NCBI GenBank assembly: GCA_013265495.1
Contig: MU057719.1
Span: forward strand, 62,001-126,000
Direction of reading: 5' to 3'
Source of the DNA: Vicugna vicugna
Lineage: Eukaryota
DNA length: 64,000 bases
The notes below the pieces were generated by a model, which saw nothing but the letters and a program-made list of their open reading frames with translations, had not been told where the DNA came from and ran no database searches. Shown one piece after another: positions 49,735 to 61,790 of this stretch. Made by a program: the position numbers and the translations under genes. The first letter of the stretch is position 1. Each line of letters starts with the position of its first letter.

Positions 49735-52700
49735 GTGAGAACTGAACCCCAGGGGCCACGTAACAGTAAGGCAGGTTCAAACCCAGGTCTCTCTGAGGGC
49801 GAGGTCTGAGACCCCCACCATCCACCTGCCGCAGCTCCCCACCTCCTCTGGGCTGGGCTGGGCTACCCTCTTCAGTCCTTACACCTCGTTTTGCATCCTG
49901 AGACCCTAAACTCTCATCTCCCAACTTGCACATCTGTCTCGAGCCCCCCGAACCCCTTCCACCCCCAGTGCATCTGCTCACCTGGCCACCTGCAGTGCCC
50001 GCTCCACCTCCCCACACCTGGCTCTCCCCCTCAGGCCTGCGGGGCCCAGCGCACTCTGTGTCTCCCTCAAGATCCACCACCATCCGAGCCCCCCAGGTGG
50101 GTTGGTGCCCCTCTGCGGCTGGAGCACTCTGTCTGTTTATAGGGAAATAAAATGCCCCTCCCCACCTGCCAACCCCCCGACTCTCCTCTGCCTGCAACGG
50201 CTTTCAGCAAGAAAGTGTAAGGAGACAGAGACATTCTCAGCACGAGATCTCATCAGAGGCATGCGAAGAGAGGTGTCACCATTGTCACCAGGTGCATTTG
50301 CAACGTGCTTTTTTTTTGGTGGCGACAGAGGGACCTAGAAACTTCCAGGGATGTGTGGGAAATTCCCTGAAGGCTCTGACCATGCACCTGGCTGAGCTGG
50401 TTCTGGGGGCACCAGGGGGCCGAAGGAAAAGCTCACACGGACGCGGCCCCTCTGTGTGCCTGCCAAGTCCTGCGGGCCAGGAGTGCCATCTACACTGTCA
50501 TGGCCCGGCTCCCAGGGGAGCTCGCTAAGAGCCGCCTGAGAACCCAGGGGCACCGCGGGGCGGGGGGCTCTGCCTCCGCGCTCTCTCTCAACCCAGCGTG
50601 GAGCCTGGTCCCCACTTGCCAGGTCCGCCGGCCGGCACCACGCCTGGCAGGCCGTAGGCATTCCAGAAACATCCATTGTGTGCAGGTCTGGTGACGAGAG
50701 CCGTGGCTGGGGCGGCGCTCCTCCCACAGGCCATGGCGGTGCCCTCAGGGCAGCGCCCCTGCTCCTGCTGCTCCGGGTCGGACAGCAGCTGCCTGTGCTT
50801 CTGAGCAGCAGCGACGTCACTGAAGAACCAGGAGGAGGTGTTGGGGGGACCTGTGTCCCTAACCCCGACACTGTCCAGGCTCCAGGACAGCCGCTGAAGG
50901 CCCGGTCGCCGAGCACAGCCAGGGCAGCCGTCGTCCCTGCCAAGTCGACCCACCCGGCTTGATGGCAGTGCCCGTCACTCCCCACCCCTGACCAGTCACT
51001 TCCAGTTGCCTGAAAGGAAGACACTGCAGGCTGGCTCGGCCGCAGGGAGATGTGCTTGGTCGGGGCCTCAGTAAAATCAGAGTCTAACATGTGAAGCTTC
51101 TTAAGCTCAGCGTTTATCCTTCCAAATGCTGACCAAGCGCCTGAGGCGCGGCCGGTCGGCCCTGCCCCAGGGAAGCCGTGGTCCAGGCAGGCTTGCCTGC
51201 AGGGGTGCGGGCACGGGCGGGAGCAGACCCTCAGCTGCCTCATCTGCTAACGGGACAGACAGCACCCAGAGGATCCCCGAGGAGACGGTGCTTGAGAGGC
51301 TGGGAGTGGTGCCCAGCGTGCGGCTGGTGGTCCCTCCAAGGCAGTGTGGATTGTCTCAGGTCACATGGGAGAATGCCCGGGTCACATCTCCTTGAGGCCA
51401 CTCCTCGTCTCCGGGGCTCCTGCCCGTGCTGCCCGGCCCACTGCTCTCAGGGAGGCCCACCCAAGCCCTGTCCGCCAGGACTGCGTGGCCGGGCCAGGCG
51501 GGGTCCCAGAGCCCTGCTGGGCACAGACCCCAGCCCCCCCCCGGGCCTCCAGCTACTTAACTCGGCCGTCCAGGTGTCCCCCCTTCTTTCCATTTCAATC
51601 ATCTCAGGGCAATTTCCTTTCTCGTCTGAACACGGATTCAGCTCCAGATGGCTTCCTCCCTCCATCCCCTCTACCGGGGTCTCTGGCCAAACCCCGGGGC
51701 TGAAGTTGGAGAAGGAGCAGCACGGGTGGGGGGTGGGCAGGAAGGCCCTGGCGGCGGTGTGCACGTGGAAACGGCAGTCCCGCCCGGAGGGGCCCGGCCG
51801 AGTGAGGCTCGGGGCTGGTCCCACCAAACCAGGCGCGGTGGCCACAGCTATGCCACAGCACATTTTTAGACCGTGAGTCAACTGTTAATAGAGTGATTTT
51901 TTTTTAATCGCCCTAGAAGGAAGGCTGATTTATAGCTCTTCTCGGCTGGGGCTGAGTCGGCAGGGAGGGGGTCTAAGAGAGACTTGGGTAGAGGGAGGGG
52001 GCGGGGGGCCCCAGACCAACCATGGGTCAGAGGAAGTGTGCAGAGCCCCCGGCCATCTCCAGGAGGAGCCTGCTCCCTGAGACGAGGGACAAGCAAGACT
52101 CCATGCTCCTATCAGTCAGGATGCGAGGGGCTCTCCCTCGGCTCTGACACCAGCTGGTGTCTCTGGGGCCCCAACTCCTCACTACGAGGGATGTAAACCA
52201 GTCACAGAAGTGGCTTTTCTGTGTTTCCAGCCTGTGCCCAGGCTTGTGAGTGTCAAGCGATGAATAAGAGAAACCTCTTATGCAGAACAGGCAACGTGTG
52301 TGAAAAAGAAAGTTCCGGATCTAAAGAACGGTGGACATATCCTTCCGAGCCTGCGGAGCAGGGCTGAGGCGGAGAGGGCCCCATCTGACCTGGCTGTTTA
52401 CGTTTCGGGGCCGCGGGGGCCGCACGGCATCGCTCCCTACGCAGTCCTCCCAGCCGGGCAGCGGCGGGCGGGGCTGGGAAGGCTGATGCAACAGAGCCTG
52501 GCGGCTACGGGCGCACCAGCCCTCCCTGCCCTGTCCCGGACAAAGTCACTCCCTCTTGCCGCCACCGGGGCTCCTGCAGGGGCCTCCGCTTGGAGTGAGG
52601 GGCGGAGAGCCAAGACCTGCCAGCTCAGTGACCCAGCCTCCGTCTTCTGGACGATGGAGCCCCACGTCCACCGTCACTCCAGCCTGACAGCAAGCTCTGC

Positions 52701-55700
52701 CCGTGGCTGTGTGCCCGGGAACGTAGCTTCCCCAGGCCGCGGATCCCTCAGCCCCGAAACAAGAGGGGGCCGGTGACGATGGCGCGCTGTCTGCCCTGGG
52801 ACAGCGCAGGGCGGGCGCCGCCCCGATCTGGCCCCGCTCCCTCCGGGTCCCACCACCGCCCTCCCTCCTGGGACGAGGGCCTGCCGGGAGCCCTTCTCAG
52901 CGCAGCCCGCAGTCCACCTCCTGTAACTGAGAGGGACTGTTGAGGGTGCTTCTCTCTGCCGTGGCTCCACACAGAGATGAAAGGGAAGCAGAGAGGGGCA
53001 GGGACCTGCCTGAGCTCTCGGAGGCGGCAGTAGAGGGGACCCGAAGCTACGGTCGTCCAGACCCTCGGGCAGGAGGGAGCTGGAAGGAGGGGCTCTGGGG
53101 GAGGCCAAAGCAGCAAGGCTGGTGGGACCTGAATGGAGCGGGACCCGGCTGGGCAGAGGTGACCACACGGAGATGGACGGGGATGGTCCTGGGCGGGGCG
53201 TCTAGCCCATCACCAGACCGTTGCCACGGCCCCTGCCCTGCCCCCCTCACCACGCATGTCTGGTTGGGCACAGCCCGAAGATGCCCCTGGCCCTGGGAGG
53301 AGGGCTGGGTGAGCACAGAGAAGGCTGGGCCTGGGGGTCCTGGGGCCTGAGAGCCGGACCGGCAGCCAGCAGCACCACGAGAAGGGAGCCAGCTTCGGTG
53401 CAGAGACGTGAGTGCTGGTGATGTGGGGGCTCCCCTGGTCCCTACCCCCCACCAAGAAGGCGGGGCCTATGGTGTCAATCACACAGGAACTGTGGCCAGT
53501 GGGCTGGGTCCCAGTTCTGGGGAAGAAGCACAGATGACCCCCAGGGGCCTGGGGGCGAGGTCTCCCACGGGCAGCAGCCGCAGCCTGCACGTCTGCCCAT
53601 GCTGCTGAGCAGGGGCCCTGGCCCAGCCCTCCCTGGGCGCCCCGCGCCTGCACCAGGCCAACCCGGAGCGGCTGGGCAGTGCTGGTCGAGTGCACGATGC
53701 TGAGTGCAGGGCCCTGGGGCCCCCAAGACACAAGAAGGGGCTGGACATGTGAGGCTGTGAGGGAGTGAGGTCTCCACCCCCAGCCAGCAGGACGACCTTC
53801 TGCCCCCAAGCAGGGTCCCCAAACAAACCAGAGGTGAAGGGCAGTGGCTTACAGTGAAAGTCATTGTCATCAGACAGAAAAATCTTCCTTTTTAGTGGTG
53901 GGCAGAGCATGAACTTGGCCCAGGCACTTTAAATGAATATTCCAAACTTCCGACAAGCAGCAAGAGGCGGAGGAGACACTGGGCCAGAGCCCCCGTGGAC
54001 ACTGTCCCGAGGCCCGCTCAGGGGGGTCCCCACGAGGCCCCCGGGAGAGTCAGAGGGAGCCCCCCAGCTCTGGCAGCCCAGGCCAGCCCCCACGGCCTGA
54101 GCAAGGCCTTCAGGGGCCCGGCGCTGCAGAGGGCAGCGCCCGCCCGCCTCTGCCCCCGGCCCCAGGCTGCAGTTCTAAACAAAACAATCACGTACACTAA
54201 CATAAGGGGAAGAAGTCCAATAAAACCTTCACTTTCTCCCCAGTGACTACCTCAGTGCTTTTTACGAAATATTTTAAGAATTAGTTTTGGTGTCCCTGGC
54301 TTGCTAAGTGTGTGTACTACGAACTCCTATTGGTTTCAGCACCATACAGGCCTGGGAGTCCGGCTTTCTCCTGCAACCCACCCCCAAGGACTCTCAGCGA
54401 CGGCCCTCAGTTCCTCTCGGGGACCAGAGCCCCGTCCTCTGCGCGCCGTGCCCACCCCAGCCCCGGCCGGCACAGTGGCTCCTGCCGGCCGGGCGGGCGG
54501 GACTCCCGGGCAGAAACGCTCGGTAGGGCCCGGGCTCCCTCCTACGGGGCTGGCCTGGGACACTCGGGGATTCCACGGATTCCGCTGCCCGGGGAAGTCA
54601 GTGGGCGCCCAAGCAGTTTGGAGGCTCTGTTGCCGTCACTCACCCTCGGAGAGGCCGGCAGAACCGTCCGGCAAGGAGGGACTTACGGAAGAATGGACGC
54701 CACTGCCCCCGCGGCCGGGAGTGAGTGAGCACCAGCGACAGACTGGGTCTCGGCCGGTGGGGGGCAGAGCCGACACACCCAGGGCAGAGGGGGTCTAAGA
54801 AGGCACAGTGGGGAGTCGGACACACCTGGCTCCTGCGTGACCCTGGGGAGTCCCTTGGGCTCTCTGCACCCGGCTGTCCCCGTCAGTAGAGGGACAGGAT
54901 GCCTGTATCACGTACGGGGCTGCAGTGAGGGCGGAAGACAGTAACGTACATGTATATGGTGCACACATCCACGCACGCGTGCATGCGCACGCCCAGCGCA
55001 GGGAGCGAGATCGTGGGCGCTGGAGTTCCATGCCAGTAAGTGGTCAACAACCAGCTCGGGGCACTGGAGGCAGGACAGCCCCCCCGAAGCCTTTGCTGAT
55101 TTCCACGGCATAACTATTCCCACCTCGCTGGATTGCAAGCTCCCAGCGCGCTGTCTCTGACTCAGAGCCGGGAGGGCGCGCCGTCAGCTCCGGCAGGCCA
55201 GTCCGCGGCTCCGGCACTCTGCCGGAGCCCACGCCACGGCGCCCCGGAGCGGCGGCCTGGTGGAGCCACGGAGGGGCCTTTTCAAGATGCAGCCGAGGGG
55301 ACAGCTTGGAGATGACACCTTGCGAGCGTGAGGACGGGCCCCTCCAGGATACAGCAGACACCCTGGCCAGCGACCTGTTCCCAAGATGGCCAACACAAGT
55401 CTAAGAGCCAAGGGGAGTGCGGTGGGGTCCCTGCCACCAGCACTCCCAGGGATTAAGTGGGGAGCTTGTCTTCCTAGGCACGTTAACTCCAGGGTCCCAG
55501 AGAGAAACTTTCTCCAGGGGCAGTAAGAGCTCCCCACAACGTCCCCGTCGACCACCTCCTGGTAACGCCAGGCTCCGTGCACCCAGAGAGCCGCAGGTCG
55601 GGAGGGAAGTGGTCCCACCAGCAGGTGACTGGCCTGTTAACCAGGACTCACGGCCCCGCGGGGGGGCCAGGGAGGCCTGGAGTGCACGGTCCCACAGTGG

Positions 55701-55747
55701 GGGCAGGGAGGGACCCAGGATGAGCCAGCTCCGGGCACACCCCCACC

Positions 55748-55768
55748 GTGTGTGTGTGTGTGTGTGTG
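55748..55768. repeat. (GT)n microsatellite
   Basis: gtgtgtgtgtgtgtgtgtgtg, about 10 units. Confidence 0.9.
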
Positions 55769-58253
55769 GTGACCTGGGCTCTGGGCCCTCGGGGGATCCC
55801 CTCCAGACCTACGCCTGGGCCGGGGCTGTAGTCAAGGCTGGGAGGGATCAAGGTTGGGAGGTGGGGAGACAGAGCGGTGACCAGCAGGTTCCTGTTCTAT
55901 GAGCGGCAGTGGGATGAGGGGGATGCATGCCGTGCTGGCCCCCGAACTGTTCTGTCAAGTGTCCCCGGGAAGGGGCTCACCCCCAGCCCGGGAGGAGCTG
56001 ATTTTCCAGGTGGGGTGTGGATCTCGTGAAGTGAGCAGGCATTGCGGCCCCAGGGTGACTGGAGTGGACGCTGGACCTCAAGCCTGGTGCTCAACCCCGT
56101 GCTGCAGCTGCAGCTGCATCTCCCCGGCAGCTGCTCTGGACCAGAGGAGACCGCTGTGCAAGGTCACCCCTCCCCGGGCCCCCTGCGTCCCCTGACTCAT
56201 CACACAGAGTACAGAGGCTCGGGGCCTCCCCTCGGCTGCCGTCCCGCTGCAGAGCGCCATCCGGAAGCATCACAGCCCAGCCCGCCCTCTGCCCAGGCCC
56301 GTGCTCCTCGCTATTTCAGGCCTTGCTCCCAAAAGCTCCCCCAAACCATCTGCACATAATTCTGCCTTTCCGAGGCTTCCAGAGATTCCACCCTCCAGGA
56401 AGAAGCGCGGCCCCGGCCCCGGTGGTTCCACGACCAGACGTGGGGCGGGGGGGCCCGGGGCTCCGCCTGCCCCTGCACTGGCGGAGAGGTGTGGGGCGCT
56501 TGGTGACCCGCTGTCCCTGAGAGTCCCCCGACCCTCCCTCCAGCAGGCAGGGGCAGGACGGCAGCGGGAGCCTGTCCCGGGGTGAGTGTGTGTTTAATTA
56601 GTGGCACCAAAAAATCATGGGGTTGACTGTTGACTCCCTTCCGGAGGGGGCTGGGGCGTTAGCTGCACGTAAACGAGGGCTGGCTCCCCGTGTGCATGTG
56701 GGATTCTGGCCTGGGATTTGCAGAAAGGGAGAGAGCCAGGCCCAGATTCCTCCAGGAAAACACCTGGGGTTCTCCTGAAGACTGGGGAGAAACGGTTCCG
56801 TGTCCACACCAGCAGCCTCAGGCTGGAGTGGGCTCCGGCCTGCGTGGATCTAGACGGGCCGGAGGTGGACCATCTCAAGTGCAGCCTGGGGCACGGGGGG
56901 CCTCTGTGCGGATGCCCAGGGTCTGCAGCTTTCAAACAGGGGGTCCCAGAGCCCCATGGGGCGGGGCCTCAGAGGCTGAGGGCAGGGGGGCTGCTCCCCT
57001 TGAGCACCCACCTCAGTCCCGCTCACCTCCTGGATGTCCACATGGGACTTCCTGTGGCCGAGGAAAGTCAAAAACATGTGGGCACAGAATGACGGCCCTG
57101 CTCTCGCGAGGTCCCCGCCGGAAACGGAATCGCAAGACGGCGGGGCTTCTGCAGCCACATGTGGGTCGGGTACCGAACTGCCCAGTTCCACGTAGGCAGC
57201 CGCCAGGACCGCATGGGCGGGGGAAGGGTAACCATGGCAACCTCCCCAGTCATCGCTAAGCAATTCCTCCACAATGTACAATTGCTCTGTTTATAGGAAG
57301 AATGCTGCCCATATATTCTGGTTTTCCATGCACAATACTTCACTAGGAAAGAATGCAGAGCCCACCAGAAGGAGCGCACGGTGCTCTTTGCTCCGTCAGC
57401 CAGACCTCTTCCCGGTCTGCGGGGAACGTGATGGATGGGCTGGACCGCTCTCCCTGCAACCCGAGAAGGTGTGGACTGCCCAGCCTCCGAGCTGCTGCCC
57501 GCAGGAGGGTCCCCACAGGTCGAACCTCGGGGTCGTTCCGCTTGAAAGCCTCCCAGAGGCAGAAGGGGCGTGGGACTGCGCTGGCCGTGTGTCTGGGCTC
57601 TGACATCGGGCCAAACCACCGCAGCACTGGTTCATCAGAAGGAAATTTCAACCAGCTGAAAGCACGAGGGAGTCTGACTTCTCGCTGGCGGAGGCCACAG
57701 ACGCTGCTCCGTGACTTCAGCTGAGCCTCAGTCCTGGGGCGGGGGATGGGACCCACACATGCTTCCTTGCAACATTTAGTTCAAATTTAGGAGAGAAAGA
57801 TGAGTTTCAGACACTAAAAATAATCTTCGGGGACTTTTCCAGGAAAAGAAACGGCCCCGCCGCTGGGCCAGGCCTGGGAGAAACGCTTTCCCTCTCCGCT
57901 CCGTCTTTGCTGCATGTGGCGGCCGTGTCCTTGGTGTCCCGAGCTCGGCCTGTAATTTCCTGAGAACTGGAAAATCCAGATGTTCCCCAGTTTAGACTTT
58001 CCAGCTCAGAACAATGAATTTTGGTAAAATGTACCCTGGAAGTTCTTTGAAACTTTTTTTTTAATGGGATGTGCATTACAGAAAAGTGCAGAAACCAAAA
58101 AAGCATTGCTCAGTGAATGACCATGGAGTATGTGGCCAGGCGTTGGCATCCAGGTCCCGGCTGCTGCAGATGTGACCGCCCCCCTGGAAACCCGTGGGCC
58201 CCTCCTACCACAGCCCCTTCACCTATCTCCAGAGCCCCAGCCACCAGTAACAT

Positions 58254-58340
58254 TTATTTTGTTTAAGGAGGTACTGGGGATTGAACCCAGGACCTTGGGC
58301 ATGCTAAGCACACACTCTACCACTGAGCTACACCCTCCCC
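58254..58340 (-). mobile_element. tRNA-Ala(AGC)-derived SINE, short form
   Basis: Reverse complement reads ggggagggtgtagctcagtggtagagtgtgtgcttagcatgcccaaggtcctgggttcaatccccagtacctccttaaacaaaataaat. Same family as 23127. Confidence 0.85.
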
Positions 58341-58869
58341 CATCCCCAGGCCTTTCTGTAAAAAGAGAAGAAAATTAGCTTGCTGTTTGAAGGAGAAACC
58401 TGCTGGGTGGGAGCCCTGGGGTGGAGGGCCCAGCCTCGGCGGCCCCTCCGGGTGGGATGGCGGCCTCGCTTTGCTCCCAGCCCAGCCTCACTGAATGGCA
58501 CACACGTGTGACTCACGCCGCTGGTATTCGCAGGCTGCCTTCAGTGAGCTGGCAGAGGAATCTCAGTTATTAAAGGCTGTGTAATTACAAGCGCCTCCCC
58601 GCAGATGGGCCAGTGCAGGGTGATCCTTTCCTTTCCCTGCCCCCACTTTCTACATTTTTTAATGATATGAAGCAGGAAGCTGGTCTTGGATTCAAAAGAT
58701 AAGCTGTCCTTCCAACTTCAAACACCCTGCTTTCATCTGGAGCGTGGACACCCCACCCAAACGCCGTTCTCTGCAGAGAGGGCAGAAAACTCAGAGCAGA
58801 GGTGCCGGAGAGCTGCTCGGGCCTGGTGTCCACCCCGCCCAGGGGCCGGCTCCCCAGATCAATTGACCG

Positions 58870-59940
58870 CTTTCTTGTAAAGAAACAAAGGCAGCAAGAA
58901 CATGTGAGGGAAGAGCAGAATCTGTTCACAAAACACTAAAAAGATGCCCAAATAACTAAGTCTATTTAGCAGAATCTGCACAGGGTCCAAACGAAGAGAG
59001 CCTTGCAACCGAGTGACAGAAAGTAAGACAGAAAAGAGGAAAGTCCTTGTGGACAGGAGGCAGGTTGAACATAAGAAAGTCGTTTGCCATAAAATCGTCT
59101 ATTAATTCAACTGACTCCTAATGCAAATACCAACAGTGTCCTCGGCGGTGGTGCTGGCGGGCATGTAACAAATGATTTTTCAGTTCAAATAAAGTAATGA
59201 ATTCATGAGGACAGACCAGAACATTCTGCCTCACTGCTGAAGTCACCAAAGCAGACCTCTGCAACATTAAAGCCACCACATTTAAAACAGCTCAGTTCTG
59301 GAGGTTTAAACCCATCCGTGGAAACGAGCAAATCCAGAAGTAACCCCAGAAGGACACATGGGACCTGAGACTGTGATGAATGGGAGGGAGGAGATGGGCT
59401 GTCCTGTAAATTATGGTGGGGCAAATGACCAGTCACTTGGAGGAACAAAGCTTCAGGAAGACCCGAATTCCTACTCTCTCTTTTCACCAGTTGTTCCAGA
59501 AGGACAGAGTTTTAAACATGAAAAATAAAACCATAAAAAGCAGGGGGAAACCCACATATGGACTTACCACACAATCTTGGAGCAAAAAAAGGCCATTCTT
59601 GAAAGTACCCCAAAAAAGTTATACCGGAGAACACTGATTGATTTGAATACATAAAATTCGGAGGTCCTGCAAAGCACATGCACGTACACGTGTACATGCC
59701 TGTACAACACACAGACGCTGTAAATGCTACCACGTGTATGTGCGTCGTGTGTGCGTGCACATGCACACATTCATCTGTAAGTATCTCACATTCACATGCA
59801 AATTCAAAGGTAACTTCGCAAAAAAACAAAACACAACTTGCTACGGGGTAGACCAAGGCTCAGTTCTCCAGTAAACCAAGAGCTCATACAAGTCAGAAAT
59901 TGTATGAAGAGCTGTGAAACCCACCTCAAGCTATTTTGAA
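58870..59940 (+). mobile_element. Old L1 ORF2-end fragments, with a low-complexity RY tract at about 59670-59770
   Basis: A-rich L1 text such as 'tataaattaattcaac'-like 'ctattaattcaactgactcctaatgcaaataccaaca', 'cattaaagccaccacatttaaaacag' and 'gaaacccacatatggacttac'. Confidence 0.65.
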
Positions 59941-61282
59941 CTATGATCTCGGCAGGATGTTCATGTTTTTCAGTACCCAGTATTGGTGATGGTCTGGGGG
60001 AAGAGGCAGGCCTGATGCTGGGGGGCGATGCTGATGGGTGTCCCTGCTGGAGGACAATCTGGCCGTTCCAATCAACACTTAAAATGCACCTTCAGCCTCT
60101 CAGCCAGGAAGTCCTCCGCAGCGACTTGACTTACTTTTACAGAATCGGCCAAGATACACACAGGAAAGTGTTTCCAGCCCCCTTGCTTGTAAAGGCAAAA
60201 ACACTGCAAACAGCAGGGCTGTTGCCCCGACACGTGGGCACGAGCCATGGGTGCAGCTCTAGATGCTTCCCTGTGAAGTAGGCGCCCTCATCCTCCTCGT
60301 GATATGCACAAGGAAACAGAGGCACAGAGAGGGTGAGTCACTGCCCGAGGCCACACAGCAGGTGTAGCCTGGCACAGAACCAGGCGTGGCGGAAGCCACC
60401 TCCTGGCTGCCGGTGCTATTCTGATCACGGTGGGAGTGGGCTGTTCTGGGTAACAGTTTCTTTCTTGAAATGATTTGCATCATCCTTGGAAAAAGTTTGA
60501 GGCCGATTCCGCTTACCTAAGCACTCTGACTAACGGCAAATTGTAGGGTAGACCCAGCAGGGCGAGCGGTTCTGTCAAACAGGCAGATCTGGTGACCCCG
60601 CCGCATCCTGAGCAGACCGTCACCACCCTGGAGACCACGGGGAGGTGCCAGGGTCCTGGAAAGGAGCCCAGGGCGGCCACAGGCACGGCAGATTCCAGAC
60701 AAGGGGCTTTTCCCTCCCAAGCAGAGCTGCAGCCCCTCCCGACTGCGGGAGCCCAGCCAGGTGGGCCAAGCAGCCCCTCTCCCTGCACGGAACATTGCAC
60801 CCCAATGAGGCCATTTCCAGGAAGTCCTCTGAAGCAAGCCATAAAGGGCGGGAGCGTCCCCCTCCTCTGGGTTCCGGCTCTGGAGCCGCCCGGACGTGCT
60901 CCCCACACCCTTGGCAGAGGTTCAGGGGGATTTTTCCCTCTAGTTGAACCAGCGAATCAATAGGGGGCTTGTCCTGCAGGTGAGGTGTGGGTCGCTGGGT
61001 CACTGAAGGCCAGAGTGGAGGTCACTCTGGGGACAGGGCCGGGGCGAGGTGTGGCGGCCCCAGCTCCCGGGGACTACGAATAAGGTATTAACAAACGTCT
61101 CCCGTGTCCACGTCCTTGGGTCCTTCCACCCGGGGAGGTTCCAGGACCTGCCACCCCAGAGCCACCCCTAGACCAACCCAGGGTCCTCACAAGTGGTGAG
61201 GGGAGGCCACCGGGGGCTGCCGTAGGGGGCCCTAGAGGGAGTGGCCTGGCCCAATGGCAGGGAGCTCGGGGCTCACTCTCCA

Positions 61283-61790
61283 TGAGGCGGGAAGCCCCAT
61301 AAAACAGACCGGCAGGACCCCCAGGCAGGGCCACTACCCTCCTGCCCGCACCATCCAGTTCCCTGGCCCAGCGGCTTTATCTCACTCTTTGCCTCTGAAA
61401 CAGCTTACTTCTAGGAAAGTGGAACTTATCCCTAAAATTCTATTGGTTCCCTGAGCTAACTCCTGATTGGTCTATTTGTAGTGCTTCATTTGCATGGAGC
61501 TCACTCCCGATTGGTTATTTCTCCCTCCTGATTGGTCCGTTTCTACAAAGCTTGTTCCTAATTAGTCAACTTTTGTTATACCTCATTTGCATATGATGTT
61601 GCAAAGTGTAGACTGGCAGCCTATAAAAGCCTGTGTAAACTTACAAACGGGGTCCAGAGCTTGGAGTGTTAGCTCCCCTAGGCCTGCTGGTGTAATAAAC
61701 CTGAGTTCTCCAACTCTCTGAGCGCTGCTTGGTCTCTCACCCGGATCCAGGTTGTTGTAGCACTGAGCTATAACGCACTTTTCTGCAACA
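61283..61790 (+). mobile_element. Intact solo ERV LTR (508 bp), probably ERV1 class
   Basis: Starts TG (tgaggcggg) and ends CA (ctgcaaca). TCCA is duplicated at 61279-61282 and 61791-61794. TATAAAA at 61622-61628 and AATAAA at 61694-61699 are in the U3-R order expected of an LTR. Confidence 0.8.

Noticed and set aside
50335-51243. 302-aa minus-strand ORF containing protein-like 'RINAELKKLHMLDSDFTEAPTKHISLRP'
   Set aside because: Only a short stretch looks protein-like, the flanking acceptor is weak (tttggaag) and no family was recognised.
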